64,000 nucleotides of DNA from Sphingomonadaceae bacterium (GCA_947453945.1 CANGJB010000007.1:4932-68931), one strand, 5' to 3'; counted from the stretch's first letter, positions 40,512-50,649 are shown. The notes: generated from the sequence alone by a model not told the origin. Numbers and translations: made by a program.

Positions 40512-41666
40512 ATGTCGCTCGATCTGATCCCCCGCTCTGCCTATAACGAGGACCACGAGGCATTCCGCCAGACAGTGCGGCGCTACCTTGAAACCGAAAT
40601 TGCGCCGCATGCCAATGAATGGGCTGAGGCGGGCATCGTGCCCAAGTCGATCTGGCCGAAGGCGGGCGAACTGGGCATGCTCTGCCCGACCGTGCCTGAG
40701 GAATACGGCGGTCTCGGCCTCGATTTCGGCTATAACGCCATCGTCGATGAAGAAAGCGCCTACTACGGCCGTGTCGCCACCGGCTTCTCGCTCCAGTCCG
40801 ACATCGTGGTGAACTACCTCGTTTCGTATGGTTCGGAAGAACAGAAGCGCAAGTGGCTGCCCAAGATGGTTTCGGGCGAAGTGGTCACCGCCATCGCCAT
40901 GACCGAGCCGGGCACCGGTTCCGATCTTCAGGGCATGCGCACCAGCGCCAAGAAGGACGGCAACCACTATGTGATCAACGGGTCGAAGACCTACATCACC
41001 AATGGCCAGAACGCCGATCTCATCCTGGTTTGCTGCAAGACCGATACCGAAGTGCAGCCGGCTTGGAAGGGCGTCTCGATCGTACTGGTCGAGGCGGACC
41101 GCGAAGGCTTTAAGCGCGGGCGTAATCTCGATAAGATCGGTCAGGATGAGGCCGATACCTCGGAGCTGTTCTTCGAGGACGTGCGCGTGCCAATCACCAA
41201 CTGCCTCGGCGAAGAGGGCAAGGGCTTCATCTATCTGATGAGCGAACTGCCGCAGGAACGTCTTTCGATCGCGGTCAGCGCGCAGGCCTCGGCGCAGAAG
41301 GCGTTTGACGATACCGTGGAGTTCACGCGCGAGCGCAAGGCGTTCGGCAAGCCGATCCTCGATTTCCAGAACACCCGCTTCACGCTTGCCGACATCAAGG
41401 CCAAGCTGCAGGTGGGCTGGGCGCATCTCGACTGGGCGCTGGCGCGCCATCTGAAGCGCGAACTGACTGCCGAGGAGGGCGCCGCCGCCAAGCTGTGGCA
41501 TACCGAACTGCAGTGGGAAATCATGGACAAGTGCCTCCAGCTCCATGGCGGCGCTGGTTACATGAACGAGTACGCCATCGCCCGCGCATGGCGCGGCGCG
41601 CGTGTGACGCGCATTTTCGGCGGCACGAACGAGATCATGAAGGAACTCATCGGCCGCAAGCTGTGA
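40512..41666 (+). CDS. acyl-CoA dehydrogenase (long-chain type)
   Basis: AMTEPGTGSDL, GSKTYITNG, ERLSIA, RKAFGK, LQLHGGAGY, IFGGTNEIMK. Confidence 0.96.
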   Translation: MSLDLIPRSAYNEDHEAFRQTVRRYLETEIAPHANEWAEAGIVPKSIWPKAGELGMLCPTVPEEYGGLGLDFGYNAIVDEESAYYGRVATGFSLQSDIVVNYLVSYGSEEQKRKWLPKMVSGEVVTAIAMTEPGTGSDLQGMRTSAKKDGNHYVINGSKTYITNGQNADLILVCCKTDTEVQPAWKGVSIVLVEADREGFKRGRNLDKIGQDEADTSELFFEDVRVPITNCLGEEGKGFIYLMSELPQERLSIAVSAQASAQKAFDDTVEFTRERKAFGKPILDFQNTRFTLADIKAKLQVGWAHLDWALARHLKRELTAEEGAAAKLWHTELQWEIMDKCLQLHGGAGYMNEYAIARAWRGARVTRIFGGTNEIMKELIGRKL

Positions 41667-41709
41667 TTGCACGCCAAAACACCAGCCGCCGAAGCTGAAC
41701 GGCTCGGCA

Positions 41710-42783
41710 ATGCGCGCGCAGACAGGCCACTATACTGCACTGCGCGCGCACCGGCTGGCGCTGGAAATGGTACTGATATTGGCATTGGGGACAGGCGCTG
41801 CTCCGCTTGCAGCGCAATCCTTCCCTGATGCGGAAGAGATCGTCATTGAGGACGAGTCGGACGATCCAGTCGACACATCATATCAGACTGTGCAGTCCTC
41901 GCCCCGGACACCTGACGACAGCGCTTGGGGCAATGTTGCCTCACTCTATACCAACCCGCCCGATCTGGCGCACTGCGTCGCCGGCGATCTGCGAGCGGAA
42001 GCCAAGGCGAGTTTTCTTGCGGCATTCAATGCGCTGCGGGCTCGCCACGGTCTGGCGCCCGTGCGGTACAATGCCGCTGCGGACCGCAGCGCCGCTGAAG
42101 CTGCTCTGATCATGGCAGCGGGCAGTGCGCTCAGCCATCAGCCGCCGCCTTCATGGAGATGCTGGACCGCTGCCGGGGCCAGCGCCGCGGGCAGTTCCAA
42201 CCTGCTGGGCGGGGTCTCCTCGCCATACCTTGCCTATGAAGATAATAACGCAATCCTCGCCGAATGGTTGATCGAGGGGGAAGGCGACGAAATCGGCCAC
42301 CGCCGCTGGCTGCTTGATCCCTATCTCGATCAGACGGCACTGGGCCGGGCCATTGCGGTTTTGCCGGGCGGTGTCCGGGTCGATTCGGTCGTGATGAAAG
42401 TGTTCGATTTTCCTCGTGATGCGGCGAGTCGCGACCGCTCTACGAGAACGGCACCTGCGTTTGTTGCCTGGCCGCAGGGCGAGTACCCCCGTGTCTTCTT
42501 TTCTCCGCGTGCGCGCTTGTCCTTCGCGGTAAGCCAAGATCCGGGCACCGAGGATGCTCAGGGCACAATCGATTTCACCGGGGCGAGGGTTTCCATCAGT
42601 GATGGCGAGCACATCCTGAATACTCACGATCAGCTTTGGGACAACGAAGGCTACGGTGTCGCCAATTGCCTCTCGTGGCGGGTGGACGGCATCGTGACTG
42701 GCCGGACTTATACGGTTAGCATCAGCGGGATCCGCGGTTCACCGCAAGAGCGTTACAGCTACACCTTTCGGATCACGGACTAG
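41710..42783 (+). CDS. exported CAP (SCP) domain protein with C-terminal beta domain
   Basis: FNALRARHGLAPV, LSHQPP, IGHRRWLLDP; C-terminal VAWP.GEYP...YTVSISGI. Confidence 0.85.
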   Translation: MRAQTGHYTALRAHRLALEMVLILALGTGAAPLAAQSFPDAEEIVIEDESDDPVDTSYQTVQSSPRTPDDSAWGNVASLYTNPPDLAHCVAGDLRAEAKASFLAAFNALRARHGLAPVRYNAAADRSAAEAALIMAAGSALSHQPPPSWRCWTAAGASAAGSSNLLGGVSSPYLAYEDNNAILAEWLIEGEGDEIGHRRWLLDPYLDQTALGRAIAVLPGGVRVDSVVMKVFDFPRDAASRDRSTRTAPAFVAWPQGEYPRVFFSPRARLSFAVSQDPGTEDAQGTIDFTGARVSISDGEHILNTHDQLWDNEGYGVANCLSWRVDGIVTGRTYTVSISGIRGSPQERYSYTFRITD

Positions 42784-43012
42784 CATTCTGATCCCATCCG
42801 GCGCCTGGGCTGCGTGCAGACCATATGTTAACTTTTGGTATCTCTATTTCCTTTCAAAAATGAGAAATATGTAACGTACTCCAGATAGTAATTGTGAGAT
42901 TGCCATGGAGTACAGTCGACAGAGCAGCCACTATGATGGTTTGCGTCTTTCCGCGGGCATGCGGCCTTGTGCGGCAATGGCTCCTTTGCAAGCCCACCTG
43001 TCGATTCGCGGC

Positions 43013-44092
43013 ATGAAGCGAACGGGTGCCATGCTCGCCATCGCGTTCGGGCTGATTGCTGGATCGATCCGACCGGCCAACGCCCGCTCCGACCAGGATC
43101 AGCAGGGGCAGCCGCCCCCGAGCCTAGTGTCCCCGGCGCGAGGCTCAGCCCAGGCGCGGGCCGGCGGACAATGCGAGATCGCCTACCTCGATCTACGGCA
43201 ATACAGGCCGGGCGATGCAGGAACCCACAGCCTGGACTCGCTGGGCTACATGGGCCGTCCGGATTCAGCGCGCGGGCCAGATCTGGCCGAAGCCCGAAGG
43301 CAGGTCGAACGTGTTCTGCGCGTGAGCGGTCTGGAGATGAATTTCCAGCTAGTTGTCGATCCGGCGACCCCAGCCTCCGCAGAAATCGTCAACGGGCGGC
43401 GCGTTATCTTGTTCGATCCGCACTTCATGGCGCAGGTTGCGGATCCCATCTGCCCGGATTGGGGCGCGATGAGCATTCTGGCGCATGAGGTGGGGCACCA
43501 TCTGGCAGGTCACACCTTGCGCCAGCCCGCAGAGCCTTGGCGCGACGAACTCGAGGCCGACGAATTCTCGGGCTTCGTGCTTGCGCGGCTTGGCGCAACA
43601 TTGGCCCAAACGACTTCGGCCGCGGCGCGCATGCTTCCGGAACAAGCAACGCCATCGCACCCAGCCCGCAAGGACCGAATCGGGGCAATCGTTCATGGGT
43701 GGCAGAATGCGGAGGCTATGGTCAGCGCCGAAAAGACCCAGGCTCCTCACCATCCGGGGCTCGTACCCGTGCGGCAAGGCCGGTTCGACCCCGATAGTGG
43801 TGGCGCGGAGGGTTCGGATGTGGCGCCCGCTTCTCGGGTCATCCTCTATGATGATCCCAACGATTACTACATCACCAAAGGCGGCCGCATCGATGCCTAT
43901 GACGGCACCAGACGCACCGTGGGGCGCAAGGCGCTTCCGAGTAAGGCCGAGTTTGCCTGGACTTTCCAGGCCGATCTGGCCCGGTTCGATGTCGACTACA
44001 ATGGACGCGTGTTCATGCGCCTGCCTTCCGGCGGAGTGCACGAAGTCGGTCTTGTAGTTGCGCTTTTGCCGGATGCGGCCAACAGCCAATAG
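43013..44092 (+). CDS. exported zinc metallopeptidase (M48-like)
   Basis: Signal peptide; ILAHEVGHHLAGH (HExxH), ELEADEFSG, SHP...RI. Confidence 0.85.
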   Translation: MKRTGAMLAIAFGLIAGSIRPANARSDQDQQGQPPPSLVSPARGSAQARAGGQCEIAYLDLRQYRPGDAGTHSLDSLGYMGRPDSARGPDLAEARRQVERVLRVSGLEMNFQLVVDPATPASAEIVNGRRVILFDPHFMAQVADPICPDWGAMSILAHEVGHHLAGHTLRQPAEPWRDELEADEFSGFVLARLGATLAQTTSAAARMLPEQATPSHPARKDRIGAIVHGWQNAEAMVSAEKTQAPHHPGLVPVRQGRFDPDSGGAEGSDVAPASRVILYDDPNDYYITKGGRIDAYDGTRRTVGRKALPSKAEFAWTFQADLARFDVDYNGRVFMRLPSGGVHEVGLVVALLPDAANSQ

Positions 44093-44112
44093 CGCCCCTC
44101 CGCCGCCCGGTG

Positions 44113-44937
44113 TCAGCTACCGGAAGGTAGTCTGACCCGCTTGTCGCGAACCACGGCCCTGCGGGGCGGAGCCCCGATATAGCGCCGCTTCACAGGAACA
44201 TACTCGTAGGTCACCGTGCGGGTCTCGGTGCAATTGCCCGGCTGCGCAGCGGCCTGCTGCGGAGCCGACTGCGGCGCCCCAGCGGGAACCATGAGGTAGC
44301 CCATCGGCGCGACAGGCATCGGGACATAGCCATATGGTGAATAGCCGTATGTATAGCCGCCTGCGGGCGCGCCATATGCATAGCCGCTAGCCGGTACACC
44401 ATAGCCGTAGGCAGGGGCCGGCGGAGCATAGCTGCTGAAGAATTGCTCGCATTCCCGTTCGCGGTTCCGATCAACCGACTTGCCGATCGCACCGCCTGCC
44501 ACAGCGCCAACTGCCGCACCCGCGACCGTGCCAAGCACGCGGTTGCCAGAGGCCACCCGGTTGCCCACAACGCCGCCTGCCGCGCCGCCGATCAGCGCAC
44601 CGGTCGTGCCGCTATTGCGGCGGGTTACGCCCTCGCACTTTTCCACCATTGCACGATAGCGCGGATCGGCATCAGGGGCGGCCTGGGCGGCGGGAGGAAG
44701 GTAGCCTTGCGGAGCAGTCGCGGGGCCGTTGTAGACAGGAGGAGCGTAGACGGGAGGTGCGTACACAGGTGCGCCATAAGGCATCGGCGCGGGATACTGG
44801 CCCTGCCAGCTGCCCTGATAGGCGCCGGGATAGCCCGATTGCCAGCCGGCCTGCGGAGCCTGTTGTTGCGCGTGAACGGGCGCGGCGAGCGTGGCTGCTA
44901 TCGTGGCTGCCATCAGGACATGGAGTCGTCTGGCCAT
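44113..44937 (-). CDS. glycine zipper 2TM domain exported protein, Tyr/Pro/Gly-rich
   Basis: Signal peptide; GALIGGAAGGVVGN...GTVAGAAVGAVAGGAIG; YAPPV repeats. Confidence 0.85.
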   Translation of the reverse strand: MARRLHVLMAATIAATLAAPVHAQQQAPQAGWQSGYPGAYQGSWQGQYPAPMPYGAPVYAPPVYAPPVYNGPATAPQGYLPPAAQAAPDADPRYRAMVEKCEGVTRRNSGTTGALIGGAAGGVVGNRVASGNRVLGTVAGAAVGAVAGGAIGKSVDRNRERECEQFFSSYAPPAPAYGYGVPASGYAYGAPAGGYTYGYSPYGYVPMPVAPMGYLMVPAGAPQSAPQQAAAQPGNCTETRTVTYEYVPVKRRYIGAPPRRAVVRDKRVRLPSGS

Positions 44938-45087
44938 AATGATCCCCTATCAGCGTATGCGGGCCAAAGCGGCCGCACATGGTGTACGGCTTTTGCCCAG
45001 TATTAACGCTTAGTTTAGCATCGTGTATCGCGCCGGGCCACGGGGCGTGATCTGGCTGTGCCGAAACGGGGCAGGCAGAGGGTGCGG

Positions 45088-45570
45088 CTAGATCCGGCCG
45101 GAGAGGGCTTGGGCCAAAGCCTCGATCCCGGCGGCGTCATCAGCGTCAAATCGCGCAGGAAGCGGACTATCGAGATCGATTACCGCGATGACGGCGCCAT
45201 TGCGGTGAACCGGTACAACGAGTTCGGAGCGGCTGGCGGCATCGCAGGCGATATGGCCGGGGAAAGCGTGAACGTCGGGCACGAGCTGCGTCTCGCCAGT
45301 GGCGGCAGCGGTGCCGCAGACCCCGTGGCCCAACGCGATGCGGATGCAGGCGGGCTTGCCGGCAAAGGGCCCCAGCACCAGCACGCCTTCCACCATGCGG
45401 TAGAACCCCGCCCAGTTGAGGTCTGGCAGGTATTCGCTCAACAGCGCGGCGCAATTGGCCATGTTGGCCACGCCGTCGGGCTCATCCTGCGTGATGGCGA
45501 GGGCCGCCTCGACGAGATCGCGGTAGAGCGCGGGCTTCGGCTGGCCGGGTGTGAGTGTGAAGGCGTACAT
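45088..45570 (-). CDS. msrC: GAF domain free methionine-R-sulfoxide reductase
   Basis: NWAGFY, LGPFAGKPACIRI..G.GVCG, GHIACDAASRSELVVP, DLDS. Confidence 0.88.
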   Translation of the reverse strand: MYAFTLTPGQPKPALYRDLVEAALAITQDEPDGVANMANCAALLSEYLPDLNWAGFYRMVEGVLVLGPFAGKPACIRIALGHGVCGTAAATGETQLVPDVHAFPGHIACDAASRSELVVPVHRNGAVIAVIDLDSPLPARFDADDAAGIEALAQALSGRI

Positions 45571-45646
45571 CCTAGCCGTTTAGCAGGCGGTGGGCGCACC
45601 TGCGAGGGCCATTGCGGGAACCCGATGGGGCTTCTAGAACAGCATC

Positions 45647-47110
45647 ATGTTGACCATTCGCAAGACCCTCATCGGGCTCATCGTTGTTCTTGTCGTCCTC
45701 GCCCTTGCGGCCATGTGGCTCTTGCGCGGCGATTCCGCCCAGCTAGCGCTCGACAAGACGACCGGCCCTAAGCCTGAGCTGGCCGAAGCCGCGCCGCAGT
45801 GGTTCCCGACGGTAGGCATCGCCAAGCCGATCGGCTGGGCCGATGGCGCTACGCCCGTTGCCGCCGAGGGACTTGCCGTCACCCGCTTTGCAGACAAGCT
45901 CAATCATCCCCGCAGCCTGTCCGTGCTGCCTAATGGCGATGTGCTGGCGGCCGAAACCAACGGACCGCCGCAGCGCGGCCCGGGCGGGATCACGGGCCTC
46001 GTCATGGGGTATCTCTTTTCGGCCGCCGGTGCGGGCGAGCCATCGCCGAACAAGATCGTCGTGCTGCGTGACAGCAATGGCGACGGCGAGGCGGACCAGC
46101 GTTTCGAGATGAGCAATCCCGCGCTGAGCTCACCCTTCGGCATGGTTCTGCATGAGGGCAGACTCTATGTCGGCAACCACGACGCGGTGGTGTCATGGCC
46201 CTTCACGCCGGGGCAGACCGCGCTTGCGGGCAAGCCTGAAAAGCTGATGGACCTGCCCGGCGGCGGCAATCACTGGGCGCGCAACCTTGCGCTGAGCCCG
46301 GACGGCAAGCTGCTTTACGTGACGGTCGGTTCTGCCTCGAACATCGGCGAGAACGGGCTGGACAAGGAAAAGGGCCGCGCCGCGATCTACGAGTATGATT
46401 TCGCCCAGAAGAGCTCACGCGAGTATGCACAGGGCCTGCGAAATCCCAACGGGCTCGACTGGAACCCGCGCAGCGGCGAGCTGTGGACCACGGTGAACGA
46501 GCGCGACATGCTGGGTTCCGACCTAGTGCCCGACTATCTCACTAATGTGCCGCTGGGCGCGCAGTATGGCTGGCCGTGGGTCTACTGGAAGAAGAACATC
46601 GACTGGCGAGTCAACGATCCCATGCCGCGCGACATGTTCTCGTATGTGCGCAAGCCGGAGTACGGCCTTGGCTCGCATGTCGCACCGTTGGGCCTTGCTT
46701 TCGCTCGTGGCGGCAACCTGATGGGTGAACGCTTTGCCAGCGGTGCGTTTGTGGCGCGGCACGGTTCGTGGAACCGCAAGCCCCTCTCTGGCTATGACGT
46801 CGTGTTCGTGGCGTTCGACAACAATGGCAACGCCTTGCCGAAGCCCCCGGTGCCGGTGCTGACCGGCTTCCTCACCAAGGACAGTCAGGCGCAGGGCCGA
46901 CCGACTTGGGTGGCCTTCGCCAAGGATGGGGCGCTGCTGGTCAGCGATGATACCGGCGGCGTGATCTGGCGTCTCGTTGCGCCGGGCGCGAAGCCCGCGG
47001 CTCAGATCGCGGCCATCCCGGCTTCACCGATGCCGCCCGCGCCCAAGCCCGGTGCGAAGTTCATCGTGCGGCCGAGCACGGATTCCGATCTGGTGAAATC
47101 GCAGAACTAA
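45647..47110 (+). CDS. PQQ-dependent sugar / L-sorbosone dehydrogenase family protein
   Basis: HPR...LPNGDVL, NHWARN, VGSASNIGE, GLRNPNG, NERDMLG, HGSWNR, GRP...LLVSDD. Confidence 0.92.
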   Translation: MLTIRKTLIGLIVVLVVLALAAMWLLRGDSAQLALDKTTGPKPELAEAAPQWFPTVGIAKPIGWADGATPVAAEGLAVTRFADKLNHPRSLSVLPNGDVLAAETNGPPQRGPGGITGLVMGYLFSAAGAGEPSPNKIVVLRDSNGDGEADQRFEMSNPALSSPFGMVLHEGRLYVGNHDAVVSWPFTPGQTALAGKPEKLMDLPGGGNHWARNLALSPDGKLLYVTVGSASNIGENGLDKEKGRAAIYEYDFAQKSSREYAQGLRNPNGLDWNPRSGELWTTVNERDMLGSDLVPDYLTNVPLGAQYGWPWVYWKKNIDWRVNDPMPRDMFSYVRKPEYGLGSHVAPLGLAFARGGNLMGERFASGAFVARHGSWNRKPLSGYDVVFVAFDNNGNALPKPPVPVLTGFLTKDSQAQGRPTWVAFAKDGALLVSDDTGGVIWRLVAPGAKPAAQIAAIPASPMPPAPKPGAKFIVRPSTDSDLVKSQN

Positions 47111-47928
47111 AGCGTTTTCCCGGCGCGTCCCGCCAGCTCATTGACGAACTGCCATGCCACGCGCCCGGAACGGCTGCCTCGCTGCTTCGACCACGCCAGC
47201 GCCTCGTCCTCGGCAAAGACGAGGCCGTAGTGCGTGGCATAGCCTGCAATGATCGCGAGGTAATCGTCCTGCGAGCAGGCGTGGAAGCCGAGCGACAGGC
47301 CAAAGCGATCCGCCAGCGCAAGCCGATCATCAACCACGTCGCGCGGATTGATCGGGTCGTCCTGCTCGGCCATGTGTCGTTCGACAATCGCGCGGCGGTT
47401 CGAGGTGACGGCAAGGCGCACATTAGCGGGCCGGGCTTCCACGCCGCCTTCCAGCCATGAGCGCAGGCGCCGCGCAGACCCCGCGTCACCGGCATCAAAG
47501 CCGAGATCATCGAGCAGGATGAGAAACTGGCGGTCCACCGCGCGCAGTTCGCCGAGCAGCGCGGCGAGGCTTTCATCAGGCGCGGCCTGGATCAGCGCAA
47601 TGCGGCCCGGATGCGATCCTTGCGCAGCGCGGACCGCAGCGCGGATCAGCGCCGACTTGCCCATGCCGCGCGCGCCCCACAGCAGCATGTCATGCGCCGC
47701 AGCGCCGCGCGCGAGCCGCAGCACGTTTTCGGCCACGGCAGCTTTTTGCGCATCGACGCCGCAGATCAGCGCAATCGGCGGGGCCTCAAGCGGATCGACC
47801 GGGCGGGCACCGCTGCCGGTCCAGACATAGGCCGGATGAACACGCCAATCAGCGCGCGCAGCTGGCGGCGGCGCCAGCCGCTCGAGCGCGGCAGCGATGC
47901 GTTCGAGCGGGTCCTGCCCGGCGCTCAT
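47107..47928 (-). CDS. DUF815 AAA+ ATPase
   Basis: LLWGARGMGKS, LDDLGF, TSNRR, LADRFGL, GSRSGRVAWQF. Confidence 0.92.
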   Translation of the reverse strand: MSAGQDPLERIAAALERLAPPPAARADWRVHPAYVWTGSGARPVDPLEAPPIALICGVDAQKAAVAENVLRLARGAAAHDMLLWGARGMGKSALIRAAVRAAQGSHPGRIALIQAAPDESLAALLGELRAVDRQFLILLDDLGFDAGDAGSARRLRSWLEGGVEARPANVRLAVTSNRRAIVERHMAEQDDPINPRDVVDDRLALADRFGLSLGFHACSQDDYLAIIAGYATHYGLVFAEDEALAWSKQRGSRSGRVAWQFVNELAGRAGKTL

Positions 47929-49646
47929 CCCGTAAGCGCCGCGCTGTCGAGTTCGTAGAGCAGCGCTGCGCCGGCCATTGCAGCCGCGCCCAGGCCGCGC
48001 GCTTCGGGGGCGATGGTGCGGTTGAACACCTTGGTGACCGCAGTCTTCTCCACCGAGCCAGAGGCGCGGGCCTGCCGGGCGAGCTGCCAGCCCGCCACCG
48101 CAACCGCGCACATCGTGAGGAATGGCACACTGCCGGCGAGCTTGTCATCAAGGCTGGCATCGCCGCTTGCCATCCATGTGCCAATGGCGGCGGCATCCTT
48201 CGCCAGAGCGGCCACTTCGGGCACATCCTGCATCTCGGCCGAGATATCCGCCATCAGCGCCTGCAGCACGCCGCCAGCTTCCATGCCCAGCTTGCGCGTG
48301 ACGAGATCGGCAGCCTGAATGCCATTGGTGCCCTCGTAGATTGGGGCAATGCGCGAATCGCGATAATGCTGCGCGGCGCCGGTATCCTCGACAAAGCCCA
48401 TGCCGCCGTGGATCTGGATGCCGAGGCTGGCCACTTCGCAGCCGACATCGGTGCCCCAGGCCTTGAGCAGGGGCACGAGCAACTCGGCGCGTTGCTGCGC
48501 CACCCGGTCACCCAGTAGGCCGCGATCAACTTGCCCTGCGGTATAGTAAAGCAATGCGCGCGAGCCTTCGGTGAGGGCCCGCATCCTGAGGATCATGCGG
48601 CGCACATCGGGATGCTCGATGATCGCGACTGGGTTCTTGTCGGGCGAGCCAGCGCGGGCGGACTGCACGCGGTCACGCGCGTACATGCGGGCCTGCTGGA
48701 GCGCGCGCTCGGCGATCTGGACGCCCTGATTGCCGACATTGATACGCGCCGAGTTCATCATCGTGAACATGGCCTTGAGACCTTCGTTCTCATGGCCGAC
48801 AAGTTCGCCGATGCATTCGGCATTGTCGCCGTAGGACATGACGCAAGTGGGCGAGACATTGATGCCCAGCTTGTGTTCGACCGAGACGCAGCGCAGATCG
48901 TTGCGTCCGCCCAGCGAGCCATCGGCGTTCACATGATACTTGGGCACAATGAACAGCGAGATGCCGCGCGACCCGGCAGGCGCGCTGGGCGTGCGCGCGA
49001 GGACGAGGTGGATGATGTTCTCGGCGAGTTCGTGTTCGCCCCAGGTGATGTAGATCTTGGTGCCCGCGATGCGGTACTTCCCGGCGTGCGGGCCTTCCTC
49101 GATCGGCGTGGCGGTGCTGCGCAGCGCGCCGACGTCGGAGCCCGCCTGCGGCTCGGTAAGGTTCATCGTGCCCGACCATGCGCCGGAAAGGAGCTTGGGC
49201 AGATACATCGCCTTCTGCTCGGCGCTGCCGTGGTGATGCAGCGCTTCAATGGCGCCGACGGTCAGTATCGGCAGCAGGGTGAAGCCCATATTGGCGGCGC
49301 CAAGCGTTTCGAGAACGCACGTGGCGAGCGTGAAGGGCAAGCCTTGGCCGCCAAACTCGGCGGGGCCTGCGATGGAGCCCCAGCCTTGTTCGACAAAGGC
49401 CGTGTAAGCGTCGGCGTAGCCGGCGGGCGATGAGACGACCCCATCCTTGCAGCGCGCGCCCTCGGTATCGCCGATTCGGTTGAGAGGCGCCCATTCGCCA
49501 GCGGCGAAAGCGGCTATGCCTTCGGCAATCGCCTCGACGACGTCAGGAGTGGCTGCGCCGTAGCGTTCGTGCGTGGCCAGTTCGTCGATTCCGGCGCAGA
49601 CGCGCATGGCAAGAACCTGGTCTTCGGTCGGGGCGATAAAGCTCAT
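47925..49646 (-). CDS. acyl-CoA dehydrogenase (DmdC/FadE5-like)
   Basis: GTMNLTEPQAGSDVG, GTKIYITWGEH, EHKLGI, MFTMMN, QIHGGMGF, IYEGTNGIQAADL. Confidence 0.95.
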   Translation of the reverse strand: MSFIAPTEDQVLAMRVCAGIDELATHERYGAATPDVVEAIAEGIAAFAAGEWAPLNRIGDTEGARCKDGVVSSPAGYADAYTAFVEQGWGSIAGPAEFGGQGLPFTLATCVLETLGAANMGFTLLPILTVGAIEALHHHGSAEQKAMYLPKLLSGAWSGTMNLTEPQAGSDVGALRSTATPIEEGPHAGKYRIAGTKIYITWGEHELAENIIHLVLARTPSAPAGSRGISLFIVPKYHVNADGSLGGRNDLRCVSVEHKLGINVSPTCVMSYGDNAECIGELVGHENEGLKAMFTMMNSARINVGNQGVQIAERALQQARMYARDRVQSARAGSPDKNPVAIIEHPDVRRMILRMRALTEGSRALLYYTAGQVDRGLLGDRVAQQRAELLVPLLKAWGTDVGCEVASLGIQIHGGMGFVEDTGAAQHYRDSRIAPIYEGTNGIQAADLVTRKLGMEAGGVLQALMADISAEMQDVPEVAALAKDAAAIGTWMASGDASLDDKLAGSVPFLTMCAVAVAGWQLARQARASGSVEKTAVTKVFNRTIAPEARGLGAAAMAGAALLYELDSAALTG

Positions 49647-49693
49647 GCGCTGTTTTCCTTGGCAGCCTCTGCGCAGGCCTATAGCGGCAAGAA

Positions 49694-50638
49694 ATGACGA
49701 CGACAAAGCCCCCCAATGTGCTGGCCGCCGATGGTGCCGGGATTGCCGAGGCTGCGCGCGTGCTGGCAGCGGGTGGTACGGTCGCGGTGCCGACTGAAAC
49801 AGTCTACGGCCTCGCTGCGCGCGCCGATAGTGCCGAGGCCGTCGCGGCGATCTATCGTGCCAAGGGGCGGCCCGATTTCAATCCGCTGATAGTGCATGTT
49901 CCCGATGTCATGGCGGCAGAAGCGCTAGCCGTGTTCGACGCGCGCGCGCGCGCGCTTGCCGCCGCGTTCTGGCCCGGGCCGCTGACCATGGTGCTCCCCC
50001 TTCGCGAGGATGCGCCGCTTGCGGCCGCTGTCAGCGCCGGGTTGCCGACCGTGGCGCTGCGCGTGCCCGCGCATCCTGTTATGCAGGCGCTGCTCAAGGC
50101 AGCCGGCCTGCCGCTGGCCGCACCTTCGGCCAATCGCAGCGGCGGAGTGAGCCCGACCAGCGCGGCGCATGTCGCGGCCTCGCTGGGCGCACGGACGAAC
50201 CTAATCCTGGATGGCGGGAACACTGAGCAGGGTCTGGAATCGACCATTGTCGTGCTGCGCAGCGGTGGCGGCTGGCAGGTCCTGCGGCCCGGACCGCTAA
50301 CCGAGGCCGCAATCGCGGCTGTGCTGGGCGAGAAGGCAGCGCATGAGCAGCGCGGCATCGAGGCGCCGGGACAGCTGGCCAGTCACTATGCGCCGGGCAA
50401 GCCGGTGCGGCTGGGCGCCATGACGGCAGAAGCGGACGAATTCCTTATCGGTTTCGGCGCGGTTGCGGGCGCCGTGTCGCTTTCCGAATCCGCCGATCTC
50501 GCTCAGGCGGCGGCGCGGCTTTATGCCTGCCTGCATCTGGCCGCAGATGCGCCCCAGCCGCGCATCGCGGTTGCACCGATTCAGGAAGAGGGGATCGGCG
50601 TGGCGATCAATGACCGGCTGCGGCGAGCAGCGGTCTAG
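49694..50638 (+). CDS. tsaC: L-threonylcarbamoyladenylate synthase (Sua5/TsaC)
   Basis: PTETVYGL, KGRPDFNPLIVH, WPGPLT, APSANRSG, APGQLASHYAP, AINDRLRRAA. Confidence 0.96.
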   Translation: MTTTKPPNVLAADGAGIAEAARVLAAGGTVAVPTETVYGLAARADSAEAVAAIYRAKGRPDFNPLIVHVPDVMAAEALAVFDARARALAAAFWPGPLTMVLPLREDAPLAAAVSAGLPTVALRVPAHPVMQALLKAAGLPLAAPSANRSGGVSPTSAAHVAASLGARTNLILDGGNTEQGLESTIVVLRSGGGWQVLRPGPLTEAAIAAVLGEKAAHEQRGIEAPGQLASHYAPGKPVRLGAMTAEADEFLIGFGAVAGAVSLSESADLAQAAARLYACLHLAADAPQPRIAVAPIQEEGIGVAINDRLRRAAV

Positions 50639-50649
50639 GCATTTGCGTT

